Shown here piece by piece: positions 1-10,749 of a stretch of 64,000 bases of DNA. This DNA comes from Spirogloea muscicola (Eukaryota), in the NCBI GenBank assembly GCA_009602725.1, contig WELB01000001.1:1531678-1595677 (forward strand), read 5' to 3'. Every line of letters starts with the position of its first letter. Within the stretch, counting starts at the first letter, position 1. Under the pieces are notes generated by a model. It was not told the DNA's origin, searched no databases, and worked only from the letters and a program-made list of their open reading frames with translations. The position numbers and the translations under genes were made by a program.

Positions 1-93
1 CACCTCGGGGGTTCCCTGGGTTCGCTTCCTGTTCTGACTCCCAAGCTCGGTCGAGATACAAACCGGTTAGTCTGGAAGTATAAGACGAAGAAG

Positions 94-1165
94 ATGCTCC
101 AGTTTCAGAATGTCTGGGTTGCTGTAGAGCCTCCAGCTGATCGAGGGCTTTGTCGGCCCTTCTCTCGTGAGAATGTCATAGCCTCAGCAATCCTTGCAGC
201 AAATCTGGCTGATGAAGAGGTGATAGGCGTTGTCAACCTGTCCCTGGCTAGTGGCATCTGGGAGTACCTCGAGAACAAGTTTGAGAACCGCGGAACTGAC
301 AGGGCTTACTACCTCAGCATGCGCTTGCGTGAGTGCAACAAGGAGGAGGATGAGTCAATCCAAGCATTTGTAAGCAGAGTAGAATCATTGGCTCTTCAGC
401 TGCACGACACTGGAGAAGAGGTTCCAGTCCGATTCATAGTTCTTGCCATCCTTATGCGACTCCCGCCTGCATATGATACTCTTAGAGATACATTGCAGAT
501 GGTCAACGCCGACAAACTGACTGTAGAATATGTGGTGGCTCGACTCCTTCATAAGGAGCGAGCATTGGAGGAGCAACGTCGACTTCTGATAGGGTCTCTG
601 ACAGGATATCCGATAGGACCTCCGACAGGCTCTCTGAACACAGGTTCGCTGACAGGTTCTCTGATAGGCTCGCTGACAGGTCCACAGGCAGCGCTGCTGG
701 CTAGACGCCAATCTGAGCAAGACCTCCGCCACCACTTGAATCAATCAAGGCTTCCTCAGCAAAGTGTTGCTCACAGTCTTCGGAGCGGGACTGGTGGTAG
801 TAGTCGTCTGAGTGAAGATCAGTTTGCAGGGTGGAACAGGAATCCTCTGTATCCTAGAACTTGCTTCTACTGCCGTGAACCTGGTCATGTGATCAACGAC
901 TGTCCCAAGAAGAAGGCTCTGGAATTTAATGGCATTAGTAGGAGAGGCAGAGGCAGCTATGCTGAGGGAGAGGCACATCTGTCCAGACAGTCTGACAGGT
1001 CGAACTGTGGTAGCTGGCTGATTGACAGCGGAGCGTCTCATCATGTCACCTACAGGCGAGATTGGCTCCCTTAACTACCAATCTGTTCCGGATTCCAACA
1101 TTCATCTGAGTGATGATAGTGTGCAGCCAGCTGTTGGAAAAGGAGAAGAGCAGCTGCAAGTGCCT
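94..1165 (+). mobile_element. Truncated Ty1/copia LTR-retrotransposon gag-protease fragment
   Basis: ORF 94..1074 has a copia-like gag region, a zinc knuckle CFYCREPGHVINDC and the protease motif WLIDSGASHHVT. After a frameshift near 1070 it reads on as NYQSVPDSNIHLSDDSVQPAVGKGE. No integrase or RT follows. Confidence 0.9.
586..688 (+). repeat. Degenerate ~12-nt tandem repeat inside gag (LIGS/LTGY/PIGP/PTGS/LTGS)
   Basis: About 8 imperfect ctgacagg/ctgatagg-containing units, in frame. Confidence 0.75.
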
Positions 1166-2436
1166 ACTCTCCACATCTGAGGCCACGCGGTGCGCCCGTG
1201 CGCCCTAGCCATGGCGGCCACCCACCTTGGGTGAGGGCGGAGCCTGTGCTGTCTGACTGTCTGTCTGAGATCTGAATCTGTTTGCCATCATGAGCACATC
1301 TGCATCTGAGCCGCTGCGACGAGGTCGCTCTGCTGGGCCGAAGCCTCAACGAGGGCGATCTGCTGGACCTGGAGGACGTCCAATGGAGGAGCACGACTGG
1401 AGGAATGCAGACTCTGAGAACGCTATGTACAACACACAGGGACAGGTACAGGAGCAGGTACAAGACCACGCAGCACAGGAAAACTTTCAGTTCCAACCAT
1501 CGTCTGGCGCCATCGTGTTGGTGCCTTTCGCCTCCGGGCTTTGCCCTTGCCTGCCACTGCCCCCTTGAAAACCCCCTTGTGGGCATCGGCAGGGCCAATC
1601 AAGTCCTTTTGGGTTGGCCTTTACAGCCATCGCCCCCTTGGGATCTTCATCTTTCATTGCTGCTGGGCTTCCAACATAGAGGCAGGTCACTAGGGCTTAC
1701 TGTGGGACCGTCGGGTGTAACCACATGTTCCTTTGCCAAGTAGTCCGTGCTTTCTTGTTGGGGATTCCCTCTAGCCGTGTCCTTGTCTTCAGGCTGGCCT
1801 TTTGCAACCACCGCTTCCTTCATGGAGAGGCTATCCCTCTTGGCAGGCGATCACCCTTGTCAGTCAGAACTGTGGCTCCTGCTTCCTGCTTGTCTCAAGA
1901 TACCGAGGCGTGACATAAGAATGGCCTTGTTTACTCCTGCGGCGTTCCATTAACAGACTCCTTCCTGCAACGCCACAGGACCCCAGCACACTCTGGACGA
2001 GGCAGCAAGCTGAGCCTGCCTTGACAATGTGGGCAGACTTGGCCGCTTCTTGGCCCTCTTCCTCTCTTCCACACACTACACAGGTCCCACTTCGACACAC
2101 GCCAACGGTGCAGTGGATTTCTCAAGGTGCGTGCTGACCCACACCTGCTGGCTGGCCCTCGCTGCCGCAAGCATTCGCCAAACAGAGCCCGCGGCCGGGG
2201 AAAACCGCTGCATCTTAAGGTGCAAGTGGCACTCCAACAGATTTGCGTACACCGCAACCCAATCCCCAGGCAGTTGCCCAGCTCAAGCACGAACACGACC
2301 ATTTGCTGCTGTCAGCAAGGGGGCCAGCACTTAGACTAGCTGCTTAGATGAATGTCCAAGGGGCTGCACGGTACATCTTCGCCAATCAAGGTGCCATTGC
2401 TGGCAATACTGCACTCGGACACCCTCACTGGGCCGC

Positions 2437-2522
2437 CTGTCGAGCCCTTGACATCGGCGCTCCTTTGCGGACACACAACGAGTGCACCACGTTAGCGGAG
2501 CGTCCGGTCAAAGGCTCGACAG
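2437..2522 (-). other. 86-nt foldback hairpin just downstream of the MADS stop codon
   Basis: Arms 2437-2452 and 2507-2522 form 16 bp, with further inner stems. Several mismatches become G-U pairs on the minus strand. Confidence 0.7.
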
Positions 2523-2597
2523 CTCCACATGATATGACAGCAGTTCACAATTCCCGCCGTTGCCGCAGCCGCCGCTGCTGCCACCGCCGTCGCCTCA

Positions 2598-5021
2598 CTA
2601 CTCTCGGTAGCCCTTGTAGTCATTACCGCCAGGGTCTCCAGGCGGCTGCTGACGGAGGCCGATGGATGGTGGCGGGGGCGTTGGCTGCTGTCCCTGCTGC
2701 TGCTGCTGCTGAAGTGGCGGCGGTGGCGGCAGCTGCACCTGCCCCTGCTGCGGTGGCTGCTGCTGCGACTGCTGTGGTGGCGGTGCAGGCCCCGGCCGCG
2801 GAGGTGGTGGCGACGGCGGCAGCGGCTGAGGCGGCGGCGGGAAGTGCATCGCTCCTGGGTCAATCTGCCGCAGCAGGTCCTGCAGTCCAGTACCACGAAA
2901 CAGCATCTGTGCTGCCGCCGTTGACGGCGCTGCCTGCTGTGTTGGCGGCGACGCAGGCGGCGGCGGGGGCAGCTGCAGCTGCAGGTAGCCCTCCAGCCCT
3001 GGCGGCGCAGCCGCTGAGGACCGGTCGCGCTCGACGGCGGTAGCAGAGCTTGGCGACTGCAGCGTGACGAGCTGCGGTAAGCGCTGCGCGCCCGGCAATG
3101 TGACGTTGAGCCTCGCAACCTCGCCCAGCGGCGCCATTGCAGCTGCCGCGCCGCCATTGCCGCGCCGGTTGCCACCGCCGCCGCTGCCGCCGCCGCCGAG
3201 GGGCGGCGCTGGCGGGCACAATGGGCTGCTGGCACCTCCGCGCTGCACGTTGAGGGCAGTGTTCATCGGCTCCAGCGAGCCCCATGCTAGGTCGTACAGT
3301 CCCAGTCCCAGCGGAGCCCCGGCCGCACCGCGATGCTGCGGCGCCACTTCAACGCCCCCGTCTGAACCATTGCCGCCCCCGCTGCCGCCGCCACCGCCGC
3401 CACTGCCTGGCCGGCCTTCCAGAAGGACTGGCAGCGGTGGCAGCAGCTGCTGCTGCTGCTGCTGCTGCATCTGTGCTTGCTGAGCCTGCTGAGCCTGTTG
3501 CGTGTAAAGCTGCTGCTGCAGTTGGTGCTGGAACAGCTGCGCCTGCAGGATTGCCTGCCCAGTCGAAGATAACAATGCAGCTGTGGTCAGATTTCAGGTC
3601 GCCGACAAGCCTGGGCAAGCTGCAGCACGACAATGGTTGGGGCTGCCAGCGCCAGTGATGTCTCACCTGGACGGTGGCCTGCCGCTGCGAGTCAAGACCC
3701 TCGACGACCTGCATCGGCACTGACAGCATGCCCCCGCCGAGAGGGACCGACCGTGGCATTGGCAGCGGCGGGGGCGGTTGTGCCAGGAGGTGCATCATCG
3801 AGAGCCCGTTGTCCCCACCGCCGCCGCCACCGCCACCAGCACCGCCGGCGCCAGGGGACTGGAACGTCAGCGGAGGCAGCTGCTGCTGAAAGTGGTGCGG
3901 CTGCGGCGCCAGCGGCGGCGGCGGCAGCGGCGGAAGTTGCAGCTGGCGCTGGGGGGGCGACTCAAGCGCCTGGCGCAAGCGCAAGATCTCGGCTGCCATG
4001 AGGTCGTGCTTGCGCTGACGGATGCGTCGCATCGACCCCTCCAGCGCGCTCTCCAGCTCTGCGCCAGCCGGGTGCACGTGCTTGAGCACGCTTGCCGGGA
4101 GGAGAGAGAAAGTAGAGAAGAGAGAGGGAGGAGGGAGGACGGGGGGAGGAGGGGAGGAGGGATAGGGGCCCTGCCGGCGTTGCCACACCGTCCAGGTCAG
4201 AGACTGGGAGGCCGCCGAGCTCCTCGCCGGCCATGCGGAGGAGCTGCCGACGATGGCTCTCCACCTCGTGCTGCAGCCTCTTGACCTGCTTGTTGAGCAT
4301 GTCGCTGCCGCCGCTGCCGCAGCCGTCGCCACCGCCATTGCCACAAGGCATCACTCCGGCGTCAGTACCCGGCCACCGGCAGCGCTCTTCTAGCAGCAAA
4401 ATTTGCCACTGCGTAGTGGGAGCAGGGCGCCTCACGTGTTGTCGAGCTTGCGCTTGGCGTCGCTGCCGGCTGGAGCCTGAGCGCCGTGCGACGACGAGCC
4501 CGGCGCAGCCTGCACGTCTGCCTGCTGCGCCGCAGACCGGGCCAGCATGTCCTGCAGGCGAGGGGCCGCCGCGGTGGCACTCGCTCACGTGCCCAGCTTG
4601 CTGGCCAGCTCGCTCGAATGCCCAGCAGCAGGACATGGATGCCGCGGGCGCTGCTCGAATGCGTGGCGGCGCAGGGGAGGGGGACTCACGGGCATGGAGC
4701 AGCTGCAGAACTCGACGTACTTGCCGGTCGGCGAGAAGAGGATGACGGCGACGTCGCAGCCGCAGAGCACCGACAGCTCGCTCGCCTTCTTGATGAGGCC
4801 ATTGCGCCGCTTGCTGAACGTGATCTGCGGCCCGACAATCCAACGGCAGCAGCAGCTGCCGCAGCCGCTCAGCAGGACGACGCGAGGGCCTGCCGCTGCC
4901 TCGTGGTAGTCGGGCCAGCGGCAGCGCCAGTGGGCACAGCAGGGGAGGAGAAAGGGCGGCGGCCTGCCTGCCGGTGTGTCGCGTCCTCGATGAGCTTGAT
5001 CTCAATCTTCCGCCGGCCCAT
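2598..5021 (-). CDS. MIKC-type (type II) MADS-box transcription factor with long Q/P-rich C-terminus
   Basis: Exon 5021-4968 gives [18 protein letters not shown]. Exon 4824-4690 gives [41 protein letters not shown]. An I-region exon lies at ~4552-4436. K-box exons give [31 protein letters not shown] and [30 protein letters not shown]. The last exon ends at the stop at 2598. Confidence 0.92.
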
Positions 5022-5281
5022 GTCCCAGCCGAGGCTGCGCCACCAGCGCCAGTGTCGAGAGGCGAGTGAGCGGCGGCCGCGGCCGGCCTGGCGGCAGCGG
5101 CGCCACGCCGGCTGCGGGCGACGGCGGGCCGTGCGGTGTGGTGGCCGTGGTGGATGGTGAAGGGAAATGCGGGTGATATTCAAGGAGCGGCTGTGAAGGC
5201 CAGCCAGGTGCGTATATACAGATGGCGCTCCCGACGAGGCGCGGCGGGGGCGCTCGCTCACCGTGCTCATGCCGCGCGAGC

Positions 5282-5312
<31 letters not shown>

Positions 5313-5675
5313 GCATGGCGGGCCGCAGAGGGGAGACGTCGTGGGTTGAGTGACCGAGGGGCGGAGTGGCCAAAAGGCAAACCAGCTCTTCCAATGTAAC
5401 TCCTACGTTGATCCTATTCCGCCAATGTAAATGCAAAGGCAACGGCTGGAATCGGCGCCAATCGCCAACGCGTTGGCCGTTGGCGAGGCTCCTCTACGCT
5501 CCAGCTTCCCGTCACTCGATCTCGTACGTGCCATCTAGCTGCAAAAGTGCGTCACTGTGAAGCAGCTGAGTTGAGTCATGTGTCGTCGTGCATGAAGGGC
5601 TGACATCTCAGTAATGCGTTCTGACGCATCACTTCACGTCAAATTGAGACAGCCCAGCATACTCCGAGTGCACAC

Positions 5676-5997
5676 GTGACGCTGGCTAATGCACTCTCAC
5701 TACTTGGTGCAGTTGATGAGCACTTACCAGGACCATTTGTGGACCAAGGACCAACTCACAGCAGGCCATCATCAGATGGCCACGTGACCTTTCAGTATCA
5801 CACCACGGCTGTGTCTTTCTCTGGAAGCATGCAGCCACTTGGAGGAGCACTGCGGAGCAGTGGGCCACGTCTTCTCCTGGACGTGGTGACCACCGACTCC
5901 TATGACCGCTCCCATCCAACCCAGTGTGCCACCAAAGCTGGGTATGCGGTAGCCTGCGCAGCTCGGGCCAAGGAGCTAAAATACGCAGATCACCCGC
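5676..5997 (+). mobile_element. Fragment of RLE-type non-LTR retrotransposon (endonuclease region), cut by an assembly gap
   Basis: LRSSGPRLLLDVVTTD...AARAKELKYADHP matches the LRSGGPCMLLDVV segment of the element near 31380 and the D...(A/E)..K..KY pattern of RLE domains. Confidence 0.7.
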
Positions 5998-6297
5998 NNN
6001 NNNNNNNNNNNNNNNNNNNNNNNNNNNNNNNNNNNNNNNNNNNNNNNNNNNNNNNNNNNNNNNNNNNNNNNNNNNNNNNNNNNNNNNNNNNNNNNNNNNN
6101 NNNNNNNNNNNNNNNNNNNNNNNNNNNNNNNNNNNNNNNNNNNNNNNNNNNNNNNNNNNNNNNNNNNNNNNNNNNNNNNNNNNNNNNNNNNNNNNNNNNN
6201 NNNNNNNNNNNNNNNNNNNNNNNNNNNNNNNNNNNNNNNNNNNNNNNNNNNNNNNNNNNNNNNNNNNNNNNNNNNNNNNNNNNNNNNNNNNNNNNNN
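5998..6297. other. Assembly gap (others: 33632-33834, 38200-38629, single n at 47715, 57177, 60937)
   Basis: Runs of n. Gaps fall at the 5' ends of the protease, GTG and CSU2-like genes and at the 3' end of TAD2. Confidence 1.
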
Positions 6298-6557
6298 ACT
6301 GGAGCGCGCCGCGGCGCCGCTCGGCAAGGTGCGGCCGCCCACCACCACCGCCTCGTTGAGCGCGCCAGCGGCGGCCTTGGCAGCGGCGACCCGGCCTGCC
6401 CGCCGTGGCCCTCAGGCTGGGGCGGCGCCGGCAGCGCCGGTGGTGTGGTACAGGTTCGCATCTCGGGCGGCGGCCGCTGCAACGTCACCAACGGCCTCTT
6501 CCGCGACCCCCTGGTCAGCCAGCGATCATCTCAGCCCGCCTCCGCCATTGAGCCTCC

Positions 6558-6592
6558 AACCCTAAACTTGAGCCCTAAACCCGAAACCCTAA
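6558..6592. repeat. Degenerate plant telomere-like (CCCTAAA)n tract
   Basis: aaccctaaacttgagccctaaacccgaaaccctaa. Confidence 0.7.
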
Positions 6593-6989
6593 TAAACAAA
6601 TTTCTAGGTCCCAGATTTTAAGCTATCTCCAGCGATACCGCGCCGGATTGTCTGGCTTTCTCTGTTTCCCAGCCAGAGTCTTTTTGGGAAAGAATTGCAC
6701 CCGCTGGGACATAGTAACGATGGTGGCGAAGGTGGTGGCAAAGGAAGTGGCGGAGACTTGAGCAACGGTGGCGAAGGAGGTGGCGGAGACTTAAGCAGCG
6801 GCGGCAAGGGAGGTGGCAAAGGAGGTGGAGGAGACTTGAGAATTTCAAGCCCTACGCTGCCAGTCACGCGGACTTGTCCAATATCTAAGCCCAAAGACCC
6901 CAATTCACGTACCAATGGTCGGAAAGTGTCTGGTGCACTAGCAGATTTATCCAGGAATAGGTGTTGTCGCCGGCGGCAGAAGGAGCCTG

Positions 6990-9690
6990 AGCCGCCGCCG
7001 CCGCCGTCCTTGGGCTGCCGCAGCTGCTGGCCGACCACTACCCCCGTGGCCATCGCGAGCTGCGCGGCGCCTTCTTCGCGGCGCACGGCCCCGCCGACAC
7101 CGCCGCCTGGTTCCAGCGCCGCGGCGTGGCCCTCAAGGCATGCCTTTGCCCCTGTTCCGTCCTCCGCCAGGAGCTCCTCTGAAGCCACAGCTGTGCCTAA
7201 AGTGGGCTCTTTTGTTAGCGCCGTCAGCGGCCCACTGCGCAGCCTCACGAGCGCCGAAACGCCTCCGCGCAGACTGAGCCAGACGGCCGGGTCTTCCCCG
7301 TCAGCGACAGCTCGGCAAGCATTGTGGACTGCTTGCTGTTAGAAGCGCGTCGCCTTAGTGGTGTGTGCGCTCCTGCAGCCCTCCTCGCCTGCTGAGCATC
7401 TACGGTGGTTAGCATCAGTGTGGACGTTTGGCTGGCCTTGATGTTGGTGGAGGGTGTGCTGGGTCTAGGATTCGTGCAGGGCGGCCTGGGTCTCGGTAAG
7501 AGTCTTCGGGTTTGGCTCAAGGTGGAGTACTTATGGTTTAGGGTCAAGGATGCAGGGTTAGGGTTTAGGGGTTCACTTAGGGTGTAAGGTTAAATTTAAG
7601 CTTTAGGGTTTAGATTAATGTTTAGGGTTTCGGGTTCTGGTCGCTTGGTTCTGCGGCCCAACCTGCAGCTGCTGCAGTTGCTGCGTGCTTACTGGCTCGC
7701 CCATCTCTGTTTTGCGCCACGGCTGCTCGCAGTCTCTGTCTGGACTGGAAGCCGAGTCACGAGCATCCAACATGGCGGTGATGAAGGAGATGACAGCCGA
7801 TGCAGTCCTGACGGCCACCAACGAGCTAAAGCCAGGAGGCTGCCCTTCCAACTGCGTCTCGGCGGCGATGGCGTAACCGCCAAGAGCGTGCTGCAGCATG
7901 GCCAAGCCGCGAAGGCCCTGCTGGCCGACTATGTCCTCGTGGCGACCGGGAGCTCATTGCAGGCAAAAAAGCTCACTACAAAACCCTCCCCGACCACTCT
8001 CCCTGGCAGGAGCTCCTATCAGCCCTCTCTTAGTCCAGTTACTGCATGAGCCTTCTCATCGCTGACAATGAAGTCCCAAATAGACCTGCAGCCCTAGCCT
8101 CAGGATGCCACGGGCCGCCACCCTTAGGACATGACCAAGGCAGTATTGTTGGCATTGCCCTTCTAACAAGGACAAGTCTGCATGATGCAGGGTTATCGCT
8201 TAGCTGCCTCCTTGGGTCACAACCTTGTGGCACCCAATCCAAGTCTCTTCACCTTCACGGTCGCAGAGGCTGCCCTGACGGCCTTGCATGGGGTGACTGT
8301 CTGAAGCGCTCACGGGCTTGTCTGTGCCGCTGCTAACAGAAGCAGTTGAGGACTAAGAAGACCGCACTGGTCTGTTGCTCCCACGGCCTTGTGACTTTAC
8401 CATAGTCGTTGATCCGCTGTGCCCGTTCCATACCTGTTCGCAGGTGAGTGTCCAGGAAGTCAGGGCCACGCTCGAGATCGTTGATAGCAAGGGCGTTGAT
8501 AGCAAGTTGAAACCCAAGCTCACGCAGGTCAAGCTCTGCCAAAAGCCACAATCCACCTCCACGACAAACTCTGCCACGTCACCACAGCAGAGGGCTGCCA
8601 GCCTGCACATTGTAATTTTCCGTGTCGTTTCGTTTGAGAGGCTCAAGCCACATGCTAACAGGTGATGGAAGGTGGTGTGACAGATAGGGCCGCTTTTGGT
8701 GACTCATTGGGGCCTGAGTGGCCCCGTGGTGCTGCGCCTCTCCGCCTGGGCAGCCCGCCACCTCTTTGCCACCTCTTATAATGGTGTGCCAGTGGAAGGC
8801 GGCTCAAGCGCCAACACATGTTGCACTCGCAGCATAAGATGTGCCGAGCAATTATGCATTGCTGTCAATTCCTGTGTTTGCCTCTGATGGCGTACTATCG
8901 GTTGTCATCCTGCTGCAGCCACGTTGGTCGTGGACTTCGCGCCACGTATCCAACGTGAAGCACTTGGGGAGCTGCTCATCCGGCACAAAGAGAAGCATGC
9001 GGTTGAACGCCATTTCTTAGCCAGAAACATTGTGCAAAGGCCCCAGTCAGACTTCCACCTGCACCTAGGCAGCTTGTTGCTCACCAGAACTTGCTGGTCC
9101 TAGGTCTGACACCTTCGCACCTGCAAATCTCAGAGACGCCAGCTGGGTGTGTGCGCCCCTACCGAGGTCCCACTTCCGCGTCGGCTCTGGTGCTACCTCC
9201 TGGAGCGTCAGGTCAAGCCGACTTGGGGCCTTACCCTTACTCTTGATAGAAGTTGACACTTAGCATCTGTCCGCACAATTATACGGTAGCTCAACCTGTA
9301 AAGTGCCTCTTGGGGCACCCCCTGACAACCTTTGGCAGCCCCTTTCAATACCGTCATCTGAGCAAAGTACATGGGGCTGAGCTTGACTAGTATTGCTAGC
9401 CGCCTTATTGGCTCTAGCTCTAGCTCTGATCCAGGCTGAGGCGATTTCTGGCCGTCTTAGCCATGGACAGCAGGAGTTACGACTGACTATCCTTCACACA
9501 TGCAGGGCTTGGCCTTGGACCAGCAGTGGGCTGGGGTCTCGAGTAAAGCCCTGCGGATCCTCTGCATGGCCATCAAACGGTGCTCCTTCCTGATCTCTGG
9601 CAAGGTGCGCCCATCACCTGCCTCTGCGTCACTTGTAAGAGGTTTCAGTCTGGGTCCATCAAACACTGTGGGTGGCAGATGCAGCACCTA
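6990..9690 (-). other. Probable unidentified multi-exon gene or pseudogene
   Basis: Protein-like minus-strand segments: QAVHNACRAVADGEDPAVWLSLRGG (~7335), HALGGYAIAAETQLEG (~7900), LWLLAELDLRELGFQLAINALAINDLERG (~8550), WKSDWGLCTMFLAK/AFNRMLLFVPDEQLPKCF (~9058, apparent frameshift), VLHLPPTVFDG (~9687). No family recognised. Confidence 0.35.
7535..7636. repeat. Degenerate plant telomere-like (TTTAGGG)n tract
   Basis: Several tttaggg/ttaggg/tttcggg units within 100 nt. Confidence 0.75.
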
Positions 9691-10749
9691 CAAGATGACG
9701 TCTTCCCTTTAGCTCGGGCAACTGGTGAATGGTGCAACGTGCTCACTAGTTTTGCTTATCTCCTGGGAAGGTCAGGGCGAGTTCAAGGACGAATTTGTGA
9801 CCGCTGGAGGCGTGCCCCTGGCTGAGGTGCCCAGGCCAACCAAGCAGCCTTCCTGGCTCTGCACGTATAACCTGACATGTGCATGGCCATTTGCAAATTG
9901 TTGACTGCCCATGTGCTGCCATAAGGGTTGTCAGTGATGGTCGCCAAGAGATGAGATTGATTTGAGGTCGATCCTGCAATTGTACAGTCAGGGGTCAACT
10001 TGCATGCACGTGTGGCATGGCACTTGAAGGGCCACGAGCACACGCAGACCAGATGTCTCACCATGACCTGGCCGTGCACAGGTGGATCTGGCAAGCATGG
10101 AGAGCAAGAGATGTGCAGGCCTCTTTTTTGCTGGCGAGGTGCGAGCTTGCCTCACCAGCCAAGCAAGAGAGTGAAGCACTTAGCTCCAGGTCCCCTTGAG
10201 CCTTCTGTAGTCTGGCGAGTGCACTACCCCTGTATCGCTGCTTGCTGCCAGGGGGCCTGACATGGTGGTTGGATCTGGAAATGCCTCAGGTGCTCAATGT
10301 TGATGGTGTCACTGGCGGTTTTAATTTCCAGGTGCACAACAACCCTTCAGCACAAGGCACTGCTGTTGTTTGTGCAAAGTGCAGTAGCACTTCAAAGAAG
10401 GAATGGTGAAGCAGGTGCCATGTTTCCCACTATTCTTGACCAATTCGTGCCCACTTTGGCAGAATTCCTGGACGGGTGGCTATATCGCAGGATCAGCAAT
10501 CGCTGAGAGGGCCTCCTAATGTCCTTCATTGTGCGTGAATGCTGAGAGCCTGACAGGAATTTGTCCTGAGGATAAGATAGGTCTGCAGCACGTTGATTTC
10601 CGAAACCAATGACACTCGGAAGAAGTTTCTACTCTAGAGATCCTGAAGCGTCTGCTCTTCTTCAAGCTAGCATAATAAATGATACTGATACTTTTGGTTC
10701 TACTTGATGGGAAAGAAGTGCACTACCACACCAACAGGTGATTGCCACC

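Noticed and set aside
2348..5442. Many long plus-strand and alternative-frame ORFs
   Set aside because: They are shadows of the GC-rich, low-complexity MADS exons and have no motifs.
5597..5656. Small multi-stem inverted repeat upstream of MADS
   Set aside because: Stems are short (5-6 bp) and single-copy here, so they could arise by chance.
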